A stretch of DNA of 47,288 nt, from the NCBI GenBank assembly GCA_013388445.1, contig JACADW010000136.1, positions 1-47,288 on the forward strand, in the 5' to 3' direction. The stretch's first letter is position 1, and each line of letters begins with the position of its first letter. The position numbers and the translations under genes are program-made. This DNA is from Acidobacteriota bacterium (GTDB lineage Bacteria > Acidobacteriota > UBA6911). The notes under the pieces are model-generated. The model made no database searches. It saw only the letters and a program-made list of their open reading frames with translations, and was not told the DNA's origin. Below, in pieces: positions 35,524-43,902 of the stretch.

Positions 35524-37530
35524 ATGATACGACAGATACTGTTCGCTCTTGTCCTCATAGCGTCGCTGGGGTGGTTCGCGTCGAGCGCGCGCAGGCTGAT
35601 CAGGTCGATTCGGATCGGGAGGGAGGAGAACCGCTTTGACAGCCCCGGGGCACGCATCAGGAACGTGCTTGTCATCGCTTTCGGCCAGTCAAAGCTGCTC
35701 CGCGAGCCGCTGGCAGGGCTAGTGCATTTTTTCATCTTCTGGGGATTCATCATCCTGCTGACGGCGGTCAGCGAAGCCATCGCCGAAGGTCTCGTGCCGG
35801 GCTTCACGCTGGCTGTTCTGGGACCCCTCTTCCCGCCTGTTTCGTTCGTGCAGGAGACCATCGGCCTTCTGGTCGTCGTTTCATGCCTGGTCGCGCTGAG
35901 CCGGTGGTACGTCTTTCCTCCCAGGCGCTATTTCGGCCCCGAAATGACCGGCCATGTCAGGCTGGACGCGACGCTGATCCTCATCCTGATCACGGCCATC
36001 GTCGTGTCGATGTTCGGCACGAACGCCACCCGCATGGAGCTTGCGGCCGACCCCCAGCCGTCGCGGTGGCTATCCGTCCGGCTGGCGGGCATCTTCCATG
36101 GCGGCACGGCACTGAGCACGTGGTTCGAGTTGTTCTGGTGGCTGCACATCCTCCTGGTGCTGGGTTTGCTGAACTACCTGCCTTATTCGAAGCACCTGCA
36201 TGTCCTGACCGCGATCCCGAATGTATATTTTTCCTCGCTCAGAGCTCGGGGTGAGCTTTCGAAGCTCGACCTGGAGGACGAGAACGCCGAGAGATTCGGC
36301 GCCGAGGATGTGCGCGACCTGACGTGGAAGCAGCTCCTGGATGGTTATGCCTGCACCGACTGCGGCCGGTGCACCGCCTCGTGTCCGGCCAACGCCACAG
36401 GCAAGGCGCTCAGTCCCCGCAAGATCATCATGAACATCCGCGAGCGCACTGCCGAGCTGTCCCGAGTCGTCCTGGCGGGGGCGCTCGACCGGAATAGAGA
36501 GACAGCCGCGCACCGCCTGCTGGACAACTTCATCACAGACGAGGAGCTGTGGGCCTGCACCACGTGCCGCGCGTGCATGGAAGAATGCCCGGTCACCATC
36601 GAGCACGTCCCGGCCATCGTCGATATGCGGCGTTTCCTGGTTCTGACGGAATCGCGCTTCCCTGCCGAACTCACTAACACCTTCAAGAACCTGGAAACGA
36701 ACTTCAACCCCTGGGCCTTCAGCCCCGCCTCCCGGATGGATTGGGCGCAGGGTCTCGGCGTGAGGACGATGGCTGAGGCGGGCGGCGAGGCGGATATCCT
36801 GCTCTGGGTCGGCTGTGCGGGCGCCTACGACCAGCGGTACGTCAAGGTTACGCGCGCGGTGGCGACACTCATGATCGCAGCCGGCGTCAAGTTCGCCGTC
36901 CTCGGAGAAGAGGAGAAGTGCAACGGCGACCCTGCGCGCAGGGCCGGCAACGAGTACGTCGCGCAGATGCTCGTCGCGGAGAACGTAGAGACGCTCAACC
37001 GCTACAAGGTCCGCAGAATCGTCACCGCCTGTCCGCATTGTTTCAACGCCCTGAAAAACGAATACCCGCAATTCGGCGGTAACTTCGAGGTGATCCACCA
37101 TACCCAGTTTCTTGAACGCCTGATCGGATCCGGGCGACTGACACTCCGCGCCGACGGCCGAACCAGAACGACCTTCCACGATTCCTGCTACCTGGGCCGC
37201 TACAATGCCCTCTACGATGAGCCGCGCGCGCTGTTGACCGCGGCGGGCGCAGACCTGGTCGAAATGCGCCGCACCCGCGACCGCGGTTTCTGCTGCGGCG
37301 CCGGCGGAGCCAGAATGTTCATGGAGGAGACGGCAGGCAAACGCGTCAACATCGAGCGGACGGAGGAGGCCCTGGCGTCCCGCTGCCAGACGATCGCGAC
37401 CGCCTGTCCTTTCTGCCTCACCATGCTGACCGACGGCGTTAAAGCTCGGGAGGCGGACGGGTTTGTCCAGGTTCGCGATGTTGCCGAGATACTTGCGGAG
37501 AGGCTCCTGCACCAGCCGGTAATCAAGTAA
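35524..37530 (+). CDS. Membrane-anchored Fe-S oxidoreductase (HdrD/GlpC/DsrK-like; EtfD-like architecture)
   Basis: 668 aa. About 5 N-terminal TM helices. Two ferredoxin motifs, CTDCGRCTASCP and CTTCRACMEECP. Two CCG-type Cys-rich regions (CPHCFNAL, CCGAGG, CPFCLTML). Confidence 0.85.
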   Translation: MIRQILFALVLIASLGWFASSARRLIRSIRIGREENRFDSPGARIRNVLVIAFGQSKLLREPLAGLVHFFIFWGFIILLTAVSEAIAEGLVPGFTLAVLGPLFPPVSFVQETIGLLVVVSCLVALSRWYVFPPRRYFGPEMTGHVRLDATLILILITAIVVSMFGTNATRMELAADPQPSRWLSVRLAGIFHGGTALSTWFELFWWLHILLVLGLLNYLPYSKHLHVLTAIPNVYFSSLRARGELSKLDLEDENAERFGAEDVRDLTWKQLLDGYACTDCGRCTASCPANATGKALSPRKIIMNIRERTAELSRVVLAGALDRNRETAAHRLLDNFITDEELWACTTCRACMEECPVTIEHVPAIVDMRRFLVLTESRFPAELTNTFKNLETNFNPWAFSPASRMDWAQGLGVRTMAEAGGEADILLWVGCAGAYDQRYVKVTRAVATLMIAAGVKFAVLGEEEKCNGDPARRAGNEYVAQMLVAENVETLNRYKVRRIVTACPHCFNALKNEYPQFGGNFEVIHHTQFLERLIGSGRLTLRADGRTRTTFHDSCYLGRYNALYDEPRALLTAAGADLVEMRRTRDRGFCCGAGGARMFMEETAGKRVNIERTEEALASRCQTIATACPFCLTMLTDGVKAREADGFVQVRDVAEILAERLLHQPVIK

Positions 37531-37556
37531 TCGACCAGCCGAGGGCTTCGCCCTTG

Positions 37557-37583
37557 ATATCCCGCCAAAAGGCGGCGGGATAT
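37557..37583 (+). terminator. Hairpin 27 nt downstream of the Fe-S oxidoreductase stop (possible intrinsic terminator, no U-tract)
   Basis: ATATCCCGCC (37557-37566), a 7-nt loop, then GGCGGGATAT (37574-37583), forming a perfect 10-bp stem. A smaller AGGGC-TTC-GCCCT hairpin precedes it. Confidence 0.4.
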
Positions 37584-37723
37584 GGAAGCCAGAAGGGATT
37601 GACGAAGGCCCGAATCTGTCGTTCGGAACATGTTTCTCGCACCAACCCGATATTCCGCTCTCGCACTTTCTGCTTCTAACGAGAACAAACTTCTCGTAAC
37701 GAGGCCCATAACGGCCCTGATCA

Positions 37724-37739
37724 AGTTATCAGGTGATCG
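37724..37739. repeat. Right copy of the perfect 16-bp inverted repeat (AGTTATCAGGTGATCG)
   Basis: Exact reverse complement of 34337-34352. It lies 194 nt downstream of the Fe-S oxidoreductase gene. Confidence 0.85.
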
Positions 37740-38124
37740 ATTGAGCTACCGGTAGAGCGGCGCAATTGGCGCGGGCGTCTTTCTAACGTTTTGGATTCAA
37801 GGGATCAGGTGATCAAGTAATGGGGCTATCCACGTGTCGGTCGACAGCTACTGTCGCGAAACTCCGGAATTCTTCATGCTGGACATGGACCTCGACGTGG
37901 CCCTGGTCGTGGGCACGCGATAAACAGAGTGTGATCCTTTAAGTCTCACGAGTGTTGGAAGTCATTTCGAACCTGATCGACCACGTCGACGTCCGAGCCC
38001 GCGTCGAAGTCCAGGTCGCCAGGCGGCGCATGGATTGGGTTAGCGCGTTTTGCCACAGGCGCGCCGTAGCCCGATGGTGGGGACCCCGGCCCACACCCGG
38101 ATCCCACCCCGCTTGATAACTTGA

Positions 38125-38706
38125 TCACTTCGAGGAACGGCGGATGGAACAGCCGAACGGCGGCATCTCCTGTACCTCGACCAGACGGCCCGCGAGAATG
38201 GACTGAAGCGCATCCTCGGCGTAAGCCACCCTTCCCGATTCACCCGGGCGCCTGTTGTTGTCGATGGCGCCCTGGTATCGAATGACGCCGCCGCGGTCCA
38301 GGATATAGACGCTGGGAGCGTAGGCGGCTCCGACCCTGGAGGCCAGCACTCCGTCCGTATCGAGCAGCACAGGATACGGCAGGCGGAGATTCGCCGCGTT
38401 CCTGCGAATCTCGACCGGGGTTTCATTGGCGTTCGATGCAATTGCCAGCATGACCACGCCGCGGCCCGCGTAGGTATCCCGGAGCGCACGTAACCTCTCG
38501 TGGTAGGCGTGTACCACCGGGCACTTGAACGACCAGAAAGCCAGCACAACTACGTTTCCGGCGTAGTCCGAGAGCGCGTGCGTCCTGCCTTCGGTGTCCG
38601 TCAGGCGGATGCCGCCCACCCGGTCGCCCACGTCTGCTCCCATCGCGGGCGGAACCAGAAGTTCGACAGCCAGGAGTAAGGTTGCTGTTGTTCTCACACT
38701 GATCAT
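38125..38706 (-). CDS. Secreted thioredoxin-fold redoxin (AhpC/TSA-TlpA-like), apparently single-Cys
   Basis: 193 aa. It has a signal-like N-terminus. VVVLAFWSFKCPVVHAYHERL lies at the expected active-site position of redoxin-fold proteins. Confidence 0.75.
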   Translation of the reverse strand: MISVRTTATLLLAVELLVPPAMGADVGDRVGGIRLTDTEGRTHALSDYAGNVVVLAFWSFKCPVVHAYHERLRALRDTYAGRGVVMLAIASNANETPVEIRRNAANLRLPYPVLLDTDGVLASRVGAAYAPSVYILDRGGVIRYQGAIDNNRRPGESGRVAYAEDALQSILAGRLVEVQEMPPFGCSIRRSSK

Positions 38707-39048
38707 GATGCTTGAGGGGCGGCTTTGGTTTCACCCCACTTCAAGAGACTGATCGAGCAGTCGGTGACGAACTTAGCCCGCTTGGCTCGCCGACCTCAGG
38801 GGCATAGGATCAAAGGGGTAAAGCGGCAAAGGGTAAAATAGGCTGGAACCCCTCGAGCCCTCGGCCCCTTCAGGCGAACAGAAAAAGCGCGACGGAAACC
38901 AATTGTTCATATAGCTGTGCAATTTCCGGGACGTTCAAGTCATCAGCTGATTCAGCGGCAGGGCAAAGACCCCACCCGTGCTTTCTGCCGTTCCCTCGCT
39001 CTCCGGATCACTCGATCACTTGACAGCCGGTTAACCGCGTAAAGCGGG

Positions 39049-40527
39049 CTAGTCAATCCACGCGGTCCAGGACTGGAGCCGCTCTTTGAGCCGCGCCATG
39101 AACTGATCGGCAACTGCCCCATCGATGACCCGGTGATCGAAGGTCAACGAAAGGTAGACCATGGGCCGGATCGCGATCGCTTCGTTGATGACCACCGGCC
39201 TCTTTTCGATTCCGCCGATGCCCAGGATCGCGACCTGCGGCTGGCTGATGATAGGGGTGCCGAACAGGCCGCCGTAGACCCCGGGATTGGTGATCGAGAT
39301 CGTCCCGTTCTGGACGTCGTCCGGGCGGAGTCGTTTTGTTCGCGCTCTCTCGGCCAGGTCGTTGACTGCCAGGACGATGCCGGTAAAGGACTTCAAGTGC
39401 GCGTCCTTGACCACGGGAACGATCAGGCCGGTCTCCAGCGCGACGGCGACCCCGACGTTGATCGGCTTCTTGTAAACGATGTTGTCTCCCGAAACGGAGC
39501 AGTTGAAGATAGGAAACTCGCGGACCGTGTCGACGAGCGCTTTGACAAAAAACGGCGTGTAGGTGAGCTTGACGCCCTCGCGGCGTTCAAATTCCACCTT
39601 GTGCTTTTCGCGCAGTTGTACGATCGACGTCATGTCCACCTCGAAGACGGTGTTGACGTGCGCCGAAATGCGCTTGCTCGCCACCATCCGTTCTGCGATG
39701 GTCTTGCGCATCGGAGTCATGGCGACCGTTTCCGACTCACCGACGAATTGGGGAATTTCCGCAGGTGCTGGAGCGGCGGCTGCAGCGGGCGGGGCCCCGG
39801 CGGCGGTCCCGGCGAGCACTCCGGCAGGCGCTGCCGCTGCCTCGGCGACCGGCATTGCCTTCTGCGGCGGCGCAGGCTCCGCGGGCGCACTGACCGCGGC
39901 GAGGGCCGAGGGTGCGCCGGCCCTATCTTCGACGAACCGCTCGATGTCCTGTCGGGTAATCCGTCCCTCCGATCCGGTGCCGGTGACTTGCGAGAGGTCG
40001 ATATTGTGTTCGCGCGCAAGCCGGCGCACGAGCGGCGAGGTGCGGATGTCGCGCGGCTGGACTTTCGGGCCCGGCTTCGGGATCACAGTCGCGACGGCCG
40101 CAGCGGCAGGCAGAGCGGATGCAGGCCCCTCCTCCGACGCAACAGGCGGCGCCTCGACAGCGGCAAGAGCGGAGACGGCGGGTTCCGGCGGCGGCGCCGC
40201 TGCCGGAATAGAAGGTTCGGGTGTCTCAGGAGCGGCCTTGCTCTCAGGAACCTCGGCCGGGGCAGGCGCCGTCTCGGCCACTGCCTCGCCGGCCTCGCCG
40301 ATGAGAGCGACGACCGTGTTTACCTGCACCGTCGTGCCCTCGGGCACCAGAATCTCCTTCAAAATGCCCGCGGCAGGGGACGGAATCTCCGAGTCGACCT
40401 TGTCCGTGGAGATCTCGAACAGGGGCTCGTCTCTTCCGACGTTGTCCCCGACTTTCTTCAACCATTTGGTGATGGTCCCTTCGACGACCGATTCCCCCAT
40501 CTGGGGCATAATGACTTTTGTGGACAT
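39049..40527 (-). CDS. 2-oxoacid dehydrogenase E2 dihydrolipoamide acyltransferase
   Basis: 492 aa. Lipoyl domain MPQMGESVVEGTITKWLKKVGDNV...LFEISTDKVDSEIPSP. Long Ala/Pro linkers. Subunit-binding domain SPLVRRLAREHNIDLSQV. Catalytic domain with LSLTFDHRVIDGA. Confidence 0.95.
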   Translation of the reverse strand: MSTKVIMPQMGESVVEGTITKWLKKVGDNVGRDEPLFEISTDKVDSEIPSPAAGILKEILVPEGTTVQVNTVVALIGEAGEAVAETAPAPAEVPESKAAPETPEPSIPAAAPPPEPAVSALAAVEAPPVASEEGPASALPAAAAVATVIPKPGPKVQPRDIRTSPLVRRLAREHNIDLSQVTGTGSEGRITRQDIERFVEDRAGAPSALAAVSAPAEPAPPQKAMPVAEAAAAPAGVLAGTAAGAPPAAAAAPAPAEIPQFVGESETVAMTPMRKTIAERMVASKRISAHVNTVFEVDMTSIVQLREKHKVEFERREGVKLTYTPFFVKALVDTVREFPIFNCSVSGDNIVYKKPINVGVAVALETGLIVPVVKDAHLKSFTGIVLAVNDLAERARTKRLRPDDVQNGTISITNPGVYGGLFGTPIISQPQVAILGIGGIEKRPVVINEAIAIRPMVYLSLTFDHRVIDGAVADQFMARLKERLQSWTAWID

Positions 40528-40590
40528 TAGATCACTCTCTCCTATTCGCAGACTTTAAGGGAGCCCGACCATGGCCTCACATTCACCGAC

Positions 40591-40622
40591 TTCTGAATTC
40601 GGTATTCTGAATTCTGGATTCT
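40591..40622. repeat. Tandem TTCTGAATTC words (14-nt period) in the E1beta-E2 spacer
   Basis: ttctgaattc ggta ttctgaattc tgga ttct. The same 10-mer occurs at 32040-32049, and as the reverse complement GAATTCAGAA at 47095-47104. Confidence 0.85.
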
Positions 40623-40674
40623 TTCAGCCTTAGTGCCACCCAGCTCGCCTGTTCGGCAATACTATCCCGACCGG

Positions 40675-41649
40675 TCAATAGCTCGCAAGCCGGCGCGCCG
40701 TTGCGAGCACGTCGCTCACCTTCGGCAGGAAGTACTCCTCCAGCGGGGGGCTGAATGGAACGGGCGTATCCGGGGCCGTCACGCGCAGCACCGGCCCATC
40801 CAGGTATTCAAAAGCCTCCTCGTTGATGATCGCGCAGATCTCGCCAGCGATGCCTCCCGTCCGTGTGTCCTCGTGGAGGACGAACACTTTGCTGTTCTTT
40901 CTGACGGATTCGAGCACCAGATCCCTGTCAAGCGGCAGGAGGGTACGCAGGTCCACGACCTCCAGGTCGATGCCTTCGTGCGTCAGCTGAGCGGCCGCAT
41001 CCAGCGCCACATATACCATCGCACCATATGTGAGCACTGTCATCCCATTTCCGCGGCGGCGGATCGCAGCCTTGCCGATGGGCACGGTGTACTCATCCGC
41101 CGGCAGCGTCTCCTTTATGCGGCGGTAGAGGAACTTGTGCTCGAGGCAGATAACGGGATCTTCGTCGCGGATGGCCGACTTGATGAGGCCTTTGGCATCG
41201 TAGGCAGTTGCGGGAGCGACGATCTTCAGGCCCGGCGTGTGGAAGAAATACATCTCCGGGTTCTGAGAATGGAACGGCCCGCCGTGCACACCGCCGCCCG
41301 ACGGCCCGCGGACGACGATCGGAACGCCGGCTCCCCAGCGGTACCGGGACTTGGCTGCGACGTTCGTGATCTGGTCGAAGGCGCACGAGATGAAGTCGAT
41401 AAACTGCATTTCGGCCACGGGACGGAGTCCCATGTAGGCGGCGCCGATGGCTGCGCCGACAATCGCGGATTCGGAGATGGGAGTGTCGATCACACGAAGC
41501 GCGCCGAACCGGTCGAGCATTCCCTGCGTCACCTTGAAGGCCCCGCCGTAGGCTCCCACATCCTCTCCAAGGATGAAAACGCGATCATCTCTCTCCATTT
41601 CTTCCCAGATGCCTTGGCGGATAGCCTCAAGGTAGGTGGTCTGGCTCAT
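40675..41649 (-). CDS. 2-oxoacid dehydrogenase E1 component beta subunit
   Basis: Trimmed to the ATG at 41649, giving MSQTTYLEAIRQGIWEEMERDDRVFILGEDVGAYGGAFKVTQG...DTPISESAIVGAAIGAA. Confidence 0.95.
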   Translation of the reverse strand: MSQTTYLEAIRQGIWEEMERDDRVFILGEDVGAYGGAFKVTQGMLDRFGALRVIDTPISESAIVGAAIGAAYMGLRPVAEMQFIDFISCAFDQITNVAAKSRYRWGAGVPIVVRGPSGGGVHGGPFHSQNPEMYFFHTPGLKIVAPATAYDAKGLIKSAIRDEDPVICLEHKFLYRRIKETLPADEYTVPIGKAAIRRRGNGMTVLTYGAMVYVALDAAAQLTHEGIDLEVVDLRTLLPLDRDLVLESVRKNSKVFVLHEDTRTGGIAGEICAIINEEAFEYLDGPVLRVTAPDTPVPFSPPLEEYFLPKVSDVLATARRLASY

Positions 41650-42055
41650 CTGTCGAAATCCCAACCCGGTCGAGCCGGAATCCAAATAGATCCCGTCGTC
41701 CAGTAAGCTGAAATATGTGAGTGCCGTCAGGCATCAGCGTTCAGCATTCACCGACTCGCTGCTGCGGCAGCCTGATCACGGCAAGCTCGGGTGCGAAGCT
41801 CGCCGGGCTGCCGGCTGGCTTTGGAGCCGAGGGCTGAATGCTCATAGCCGACAGCGCCGGCGCGAATTGGCTACATCTCATAATGCACTTCCTGCCAGAA
41901 ATGCAATGACCTGATCTCTATGCGCCCAAGTGCCGAGGCCTCGTCCGGCTCCTCACGATACGGAGGGCTCGTCCGCCGGCTGTTGACTGGGTCTGCCGGG
42001 GGGGCGGTACGGTCCGCTAACGGACTCACAGCCTTTCTGGAGATCGTCATGGTCT

Positions 42056-43054
42056 TCACTCGTGATAGACCCCCCGCAGGCAATCTTCAGCAGGCGGATA
42101 CGGATTGTCTTCCGCCCATTCGACGGCGCGGTCCACCTCTTCGATCACACTCCTGTGGACGTAGTCGATATCGGTCCGTCTGAGCACTCCCTCGCGGAGT
42201 AACCACTGTTCGTAACGGAGGATGGGGTCCTTACTTTCCCACTCCTTGAAGAGCCGCTTCGGCACGTAGCTCGCGTCGTCGTGCGCCGAGTGCCCCGTCA
42301 TGCGGAAAGTACGGCACTCGATAAGCGTCGGTCCTTCGCCAGCCCGGGCTCTGGCAATGGCTTGCCGGACCGATTCGTACACGGCCAGAACATCGTTCCC
42401 GTCGATCGTCTCCCCCGGCATGCCATACGATGCCGCCCTGTCGGCGACATTTGCCACGGCCATCTGGGCTGCAAGAGGGGTCGAATAGGCATACTGGTTG
42501 TTGTTGCAGATGAAGACGACGGGGAGTTTCCGTACGCCTGCAAGGTTCATTCCCTCGTGCCAGTCGCCGCGGCTGGTCGCTCCGTCACCGAAATAGCACA
42601 GCACGACGCGGTTCTGTTTCCGAATCCTGAAGCTCAGAGCGATCCCGGCGGCGATGGGGACGCTGTCTGCCAGCATGCTGACAAAAGCGATGATATTCAG
42701 TCCCAGGTCTCCCATGTGCAGGTTCCCGTCGCGGCCGCGCGTATACCCGTCGCGGCGGCCCATGTACTGGGCGAGGACGCGCGGCGGTGTCATTCCGCGG
42801 ACCAGGAACGCGCCCATATCGCGGTGGGACGGGCAGATCACGTCGTCGGGAAGGGTCTGGATGGCGGACGCGACACCGATCGCCTCCTGGCCGCGACCGA
42901 CATATACGCCGCCGAGGATCTTTCCCTGGCGGTAGAGTTTGCGCTCGATCCGGTCCTCGAGTTCCCTGGCCAGAGCCATGAAGCGGAGCATCCGCCGGTG
43001 TGTCTCGGGGTCGATGGCCCGCGTGACCGGCCGCGAGACGGACTTTCTGGTCAC
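42056..43054 (-). CDS. 2-oxoacid dehydrogenase E1 component alpha subunit (TPP-dependent)
   Basis: LYRQGKILGGVYVGRGQEAIGVA...; TPP motif GDGATSRGDWHEGMNLA...FICNNNQYA. The track start at 43165 would overlap lipB by 97 nt. I prefer the GTG at 43054, 14 nt after the lipB stop and preceded by GGAAGG. The start is uncertain. Confidence 0.9.
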   Translation of the reverse strand: MTRKSVSRPVTRAIDPETHRRMLRFMALARELEDRIERKLYRQGKILGGVYVGRGQEAIGVASAIQTLPDDVICPSHRDMGAFLVRGMTPPRVLAQYMGRRDGYTRGRDGNLHMGDLGLNIIAFVSMLADSVPIAAGIALSFRIRKQNRVVLCYFGDGATSRGDWHEGMNLAGVRKLPVVFICNNNQYAYSTPLAAQMAVANVADRAASYGMPGETIDGNDVLAVYESVRQAIARARAGEGPTLIECRTFRMTGHSAHDDASYVPKRLFKEWESKDPILRYEQWLLREGVLRRTDIDYVHRSVIEEVDRAVEWAEDNPYPPAEDCLRGVYHE

Positions 43055-43068
43055 TCTCCTCGACCTTC

Positions 43069-43818
43069 CTACCTCGCCTGAAGCGACGCCGGCCGGTTTT
43101 TCCCGCTCCATCCGTCTTCCCATCTGCCTGCGAGCTCCGCGTGAAGTTCCTCTGCGGCCCGCCATTCAAGCCTGCGGCCGAAAAGGACGGCAAACTCAAG
43201 GGCGGCTCTGACAGCCACATCGCCGAGCTCAATCGGCCGGGCAAGAACCCGGCACATCGATGTGACTCCCTTCCCTGCAATCCCGCAGGGGATGATAAGA
43301 TCGTAATAAGACAGGTCCGTATTCACGTTGAGCGCGAAGCCGTGCCGCGTGACCCAGCGGCTGAGATGAACTCCCATGGCTGCGATCTTGCCGTCTCCGG
43401 TCCATACTCCCGTGTATCGAGGGTCGCGATATGCCCGGATCCCATAGGCAGCCAGCATGCGGATCAGGCATTCTTCCAGTCTCCGCATGTAGAGGTGGAC
43501 GTCCCTTTCGCCCGGCTCGAGCCGGAGGATCGGATACCCCACCAGCTGCCCCGGACCGTGAAATGTGATGTCGCCGCCGCGATCAGTCTCGAAGCGCGCC
43601 ACTCCCCGAGCCTGCAGAACCTCGTCAGGGACGACCAGGTTGTGCCAGTTTCCGTTGCGCCCGAGCGTGATCACCGGCGGGTGCTCCAGCAGAAGCAGCA
43701 CATCCGGCTCCATGCCCCGCTTCTTGGCTTCGCACAGGCGCAACTGCAGGTCGAGCGCAGATTCGTAATCTATACGGCCGAGCCGGATTGCCCAAAGCGA
43801 CTTCGCCGGCACAGTCAC
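43069..43818 (-). CDS. lipB: Octanoyl/lipoyl-[ACP]:protein transferase
   Basis: 249 aa, GTG start. LLLLEHPPVITLGRNG..., RGGDITFHGPGQLVGYPI, KIAAMGVHLSRWVTRHGFALNV, PCG. Confidence 0.9.
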   Translation of the reverse strand: MTVPAKSLWAIRLGRIDYESALDLQLRLCEAKKRGMEPDVLLLLEHPPVITLGRNGNWHNLVVPDEVLQARGVARFETDRGGDITFHGPGQLVGYPILRLEPGERDVHLYMRRLEECLIRMLAAYGIRAYRDPRYTGVWTGDGKIAAMGVHLSRWVTRHGFALNVNTDLSYYDLIIPCGIAGKGVTSMCRVLARPIELGDVAVRAALEFAVLFGRRLEWRAAEELHAELAGRWEDGWSGKNRPASLQAR

Positions 43819-43840
43819 GCCACAACCTCATGAGTCCGGA

Positions 43841-43902
43841 TTGCAGATTGTAGGATGCAGACCTACGGATGACCCCGCCACCCATCAATGTACAATCTGC
43901 AA
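43841..43902 (-). promoter_or_regulatory. Perfect 12-bp inverted repeat (stem-loop) filling the lpd-lipB intergenic gap
   Basis: TTGCAGATTGTA (43841-43852) and TACAATCTGCAA (43891-43902), separated by 38 nt. The right arm abuts the lpd stop codon (43903-43905). Confidence 0.6.

Noticed and set aside
37816-37923. Short frame reading ...IHVSVDSYCRETPEFFMLDMDLDVALVVGTR*, reminiscent of the N-terminus of small 3Fe/4Fe ferredoxins (V-x-V-D-x-x-C...PEVF-x-x-D-D-D-G).
   Set aside because: An in-frame TGA lies just upstream and there is no ATG. The Cys cluster motif is missing and the ORF is only about 30-35 codons. At most it is a decayed remnant, which cannot be supported without a homology search.
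37700-38130. Replication-origin idea, from the clustered GATC sites plus a DnaA-box-like CTATCCACG at 37826-37834.
   Set aside because: There is only one weak box, no AT-rich unwinding element, and no dnaA, dnaN or gidA-type neighbours. Similar GATC arrays occur in several separate intergenic regions.
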